From the NCBI GenBank assembly GCA_002269645.1, contig NIVC01000010.1:2108001-2172000 (forward strand): a stretch of 64,000 nucleotides of DNA, read 5' to 3'. The translations under genes were made by a program, and so were the position numbers. Below, one piece after another: positions 60,734 through 64,000 of the stretch (position 1 is the first letter of the stretch; each line of letters begins with the position of its first letter). Below the pieces are notes generated by a model, which did no database searches, was not told the DNA's origin, and worked only from the letters and a program-made list of their open reading frames with translations. The DNA is from Macrostomum lignano. Its lineage: Eukaryota.

Positions 60734-62370
60734 TTACCCTCTCTATGCTCAGTTGCTGGGTCACCCTCTCGATGCTCAGTTGCTGGGTCACCCTCTCGAT
60801 CCTCAGTTGCTGAGCCAGACTCCCAGATCCTCAGTTGCTGGGCCAGACTCCCAGATCCTCAGTTGCTGGGCCAGCCTCCCAGATCCTCAGTTGCTGGGTC
60901 ACCCTCTCCATCCTCAGTTGCGAGTCACCCTTTTGATGCTTAGTTGCTGGGCCAGCCTCCCAGATCCTCAGTTGCTGGGTCACCGTCCAAGATCCTCAGT
61001 TGCTGGGTCACCGTCCCAGATCCTCAGTTGCTGGCCCGATGAAAACGGTTCCCAGGCCAAGAAGCGTCCCAGTCACTTGTGTCGCCCCAGAGTCGTTGCA
61101 GGTAACACAGGTAAAATAGGGGAAGAAGTGACCTAAACGGCTCTAAAAACGACGAGATGTCACGCGAAAAGTCGTCAAAGAGCCGCCTACGAATCACTTT
61201 GAAGCGTTTTATTGTCTGCGAATCTGGTCTGACGTCGCTGGGTTGTCTGGTGATTCTGAAGTCGCTGGGTTGTGTTTTAAGCACTCCAACTAGCCTACTG
61301 AGTTAGTAGAAATTCAAGCGCCAACACAACGATTCTTAGAAGACTCCTTCGCTACTCTTATTACTACAGTTGGGCCAGCCTCCCAGATTATCAAACAATA
61401 AAAAAGCAACAAGACACATATACGGATATTTATTTTCTATCAACTGAGCTTTTCAAACAAAAAATGAAACAATGGCGTATTAAATAATATATTAATAATA
61501 GGCTAGGTAGTTGAGAAGCAACTTATCACCTCAGCTTTTATCAAGTTATTTAAAGTGAAATATTATTTCTGAATAATTATTTAAATCTTTCTCTTCTGAG
61601 CACGCTAAATATGACAAACAAAACACAATAAATTTTGGCTTGTTATTAACGATAAATATCTGTATGTGCTTGCAAAATACAGCAAAACTTTTTTAACCAT
61701 GCCAGTAAGTTGCATGCGTTAGACAAGGATAGCCGGGAAAAGAAAATTGAACAAAATATGGTGAAGGTTATTAAGCATTTCTCGACATAAATAAATACGA
61801 ATAAAAAAAATAACAAACAAACAATTGACAAACAATTTCGGCTAACACAGACAAGCAGGCACATTAACAAACATCGCGGGCTGTTTATAACAAACAATGG
61901 CTAGGCCTACAAAAAAAGAAAATTGACGAATCAGGGCAGTGCAATTGAAGTTGAGAAGTGCTAGCAGAACCTTTCAACAAACTATATAAATTATTAAATT
62001 ACATATGTATATGTCTATCAGTGACTAATTACATGCAAGGCTCCGCAAATAATAAACAAGTTAATAAATCCAAATATTAATCTAAGAAAAAGCAGAAAGA
62101 TAAACAAGGAAACAAATTTTCTTGAATTTGAATACTATTTCATTTGCTAATCTGGGCAACGATTTAGACTTCATGTATTTCATTACATTCAAGCAACACA
62201 AACAATAAGCGTGTAAATAAATAAATTTTTCGGGACAATTCAATTATTAAAGGCGTGTTGAGACACGCAATAATTTAATTAATACTAATGTAAATTAATT
62301 AGCAAAAAGCAATTGAATAATCGACAATAATTACTACTGTAAGTACCAACCAGAATGCAAACTCGAATTA

Positions 62371-62674
62371 GGCTGGTTTTCGCCGAGGCAGATTCAATGT
62401 TTATCTTTTGATATGTTGTGCCTTTCTAATAGCTCTATTGATATTCATAAAGGTTGTCGTTCAGAAAACTACGATTCTATAACAATTTTTTATTCTATGT
62501 GCATTCCCTACGATCATAATCGAAAAGCTTCAAGAATATCAATAAACGATAAAAAGTACAACATATCAGAAGATGAACACTGGGTCTGTCTCCTATCAAA
62601 AGCAATAACAATTTTAATAAGAAAAAAATGAACACTTCCTATCTCTGTAGTGTATTTTTCGGCGAAGACCAGCC
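62371..62674. mobile_element. Probable PIF/Harbinger (Tourist-like) MITE
   Basis: 16-bp TIR GGCTGGT(T/C)TTCGCCGA with one mismatch; flanks TTA/TCA resemble a 3-bp TWA TSD; AT-rich interior. Confidence 0.5.
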
Positions 62675-63049
62675 TCATAATAAACAATTTCTAAGAAACA
62701 GTTTCCAGTCCTTCTATACTTGGAGTAGTCCTTGATCAAAGCTTGCTTGAAACAAAAAAACACAAATGAATCAATTAATTACTAATCAATAAGGTAATCA
62801 ATAAGGTAACCTAATCAGGTAATCAAGAACCAATTTAGCAGCAATTAGCAGGTCATTTAGTCGGATTTTTATACCAATTACTTTATAAAGCTTCAAAACC
62901 CTTTCTGTTAAATAAATTCTTTTAAAGAAAATTGTTTATTTAATCAGCGCGCTTCTGTCAGGCTGTCAATCAATGAGTCGCGATCGCATCAGACCGTGTC
63001 AAGACAAACAGAAAAAATTCAGCTAGAGGCAGTTGCACAACGGTCAGCA

Positions 63050-63578
63050 CTACAAAACGTAGGTACTCTTGGCCATGCTGGAGCTCTTCTGCTCCTGATC
63101 CGTGTGAGTCTGGTAGGCAATCTGGATATTGTCGGGTATCTTCAGCGCCTCCTTCAGCCTCTGCCCGATGTTCACACACGAGTCGCGCTTATCGGCTGTC
63201 CGAGTCCACACGGACAGCTTGTCCTGTTTGGCTCGGATTTGAACAATCGCTCCGCAGACTTCGTCAGAATCTTCGTCGAAACCTTCGCCGATAAGCAGCA
63301 GCAGAGTCTCAATCCAGAAGCTGTCCATGCTGTGGTTGCGCTTGTTCTTATCCAGGGTGATCAGCCAACGGCCGCCGTTCACGTTGCCGGGATCCTCCCA
63401 CATGGGGTTGATGCCGTGCTTGAACAGGGAGTAGTCACAGCCAACCGGCAGCTTACTAGCTGGCTGAATGTGATTAAACAGAGCCCAGAAGTCTTCTACA
63501 AAACTGAAGCTGGTCACTTCTTTTTGATTTTCGTTCCACGATTTCTGGCGATCGTTTTTGAAGAACCAGAGAGTCCAG
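63050..63578 (-). CDS. eIF4E: Translation initiation factor eIF4E (class I), terminal exon; 5' exon(s) lie beyond it and were not identified
   Basis: Acceptor CTCGCAG|C then WTLWFFKNDRQKSW, VEDFWALFNHI, DYSLFKHGINPMWED, GGRW, WIETLLLLIGE, CGAIVQIRAK.DKLSVW, IGQRLKE; stop at 63050; AATAAA at about 62935-62940. Confidence 0.95.
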
Positions 63579-63609
63579 CTGCGAGTTGATTAGGGGATTA
63601 TGACTGTCA

Positions 63610-63985
63610 GAGACATAATAAAATGGTTTCCAGGGCCATCTAAAGGGTTGTCAAGGATACTTAAACTGTTGTCAGGGGCATTAAAATAGTTGCTAACGTC
63701 ACCTATACGGTTGTCAGGGATATCAAAATGGTTGCTAAGGTCCCCAAAGCGGTTGTCAGGGGCATCAAAATAGTTGCTAACGTCACCAATACGGTTGTCA
63801 GGGACATCAAAATGGTTGCTGAGGTCCCCAATACGGTTTTCAGGGCCATCAAAATGGTTGCTAAGGCAACTCATACGGTTGTCAGGGCCATCAAAATGGT
63901 TGCTAAGGCAACTCATACGGTTGTCAGGGCCATCAAAATGGTTGCTAATGCCACTCATACGGTTGTCAGGGACATCAAAATAGCT
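63610..63985. repeat. 42-bp minisatellite in the eIF4E intron
   Basis: AAATGGTTGCTAAGGCAACTCATACGGTTGTCAGGGCCATCA-like units; the source of ORF 63590-63958. Confidence 0.9.
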
Positions 63986-64000
63986 ACTTTAGCAACAATT

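Larger units (their letters stand above)
53650..61035. repeat. 28-bp minisatellite GATCCTCAGTTGCTGGGCCAGCCTCCCA, split by the CACTA-like element
   Basis: Units at 53650-54870 and 60734-61035, with a remnant at 61367-61388. Confidence 0.9.

Noticed and set aside
61035-61366. Second CACTA-like insertion beginning CCCGATGAAAA
   Set aside because: Resembles the 54871 TIR but no matching right TIR or TSD could be found.
63590-63958. 122-aa ORF as the eIF4E N-terminus
   Set aside because: It is a 42-bp intronic repeat ending at a stop just before the acceptor, and lacks the KHPL motif.

Overview
Eukaryotic (metazoan) genomic DNA. GC-rich exons and introns packed with unrelated mini/microsatellites resemble the flatworm Macrostomum, but the taxon is inference only. 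About 49 kb is a tail-to-tail inverted pair of 24-exon TRPA1-like channel genes: copy A (+, 1363-22918, 1122 aa by manual splicing, intact) and copy B (-, 31033-50099, same exon structure, 11-bp frameshift in exon 19). The two copies are a patchwork of near-identical and strongly diverged segments. An intronless H-type ferritin is nested antisense in intron 1 of copy B only. Mobile elements: a full-ORF piggyBac, a solo LTR, hAT, MULE and probable Harbinger MITEs, a 32-bp palindromic micro-element, two tRNA-derived SINEs, copia and mariner remnants, and a 5.9-kb CACTA/EnSpm-like element whose only long ORF is a coiled-coil + BEN-domain protein. Also a decayed fibrinogen-related gene and the 3' exon of a class I eIF4E. 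Most long ORFs in the supplied track are tandem-repeat artefacts. All identifications are by eye, with no database searches.
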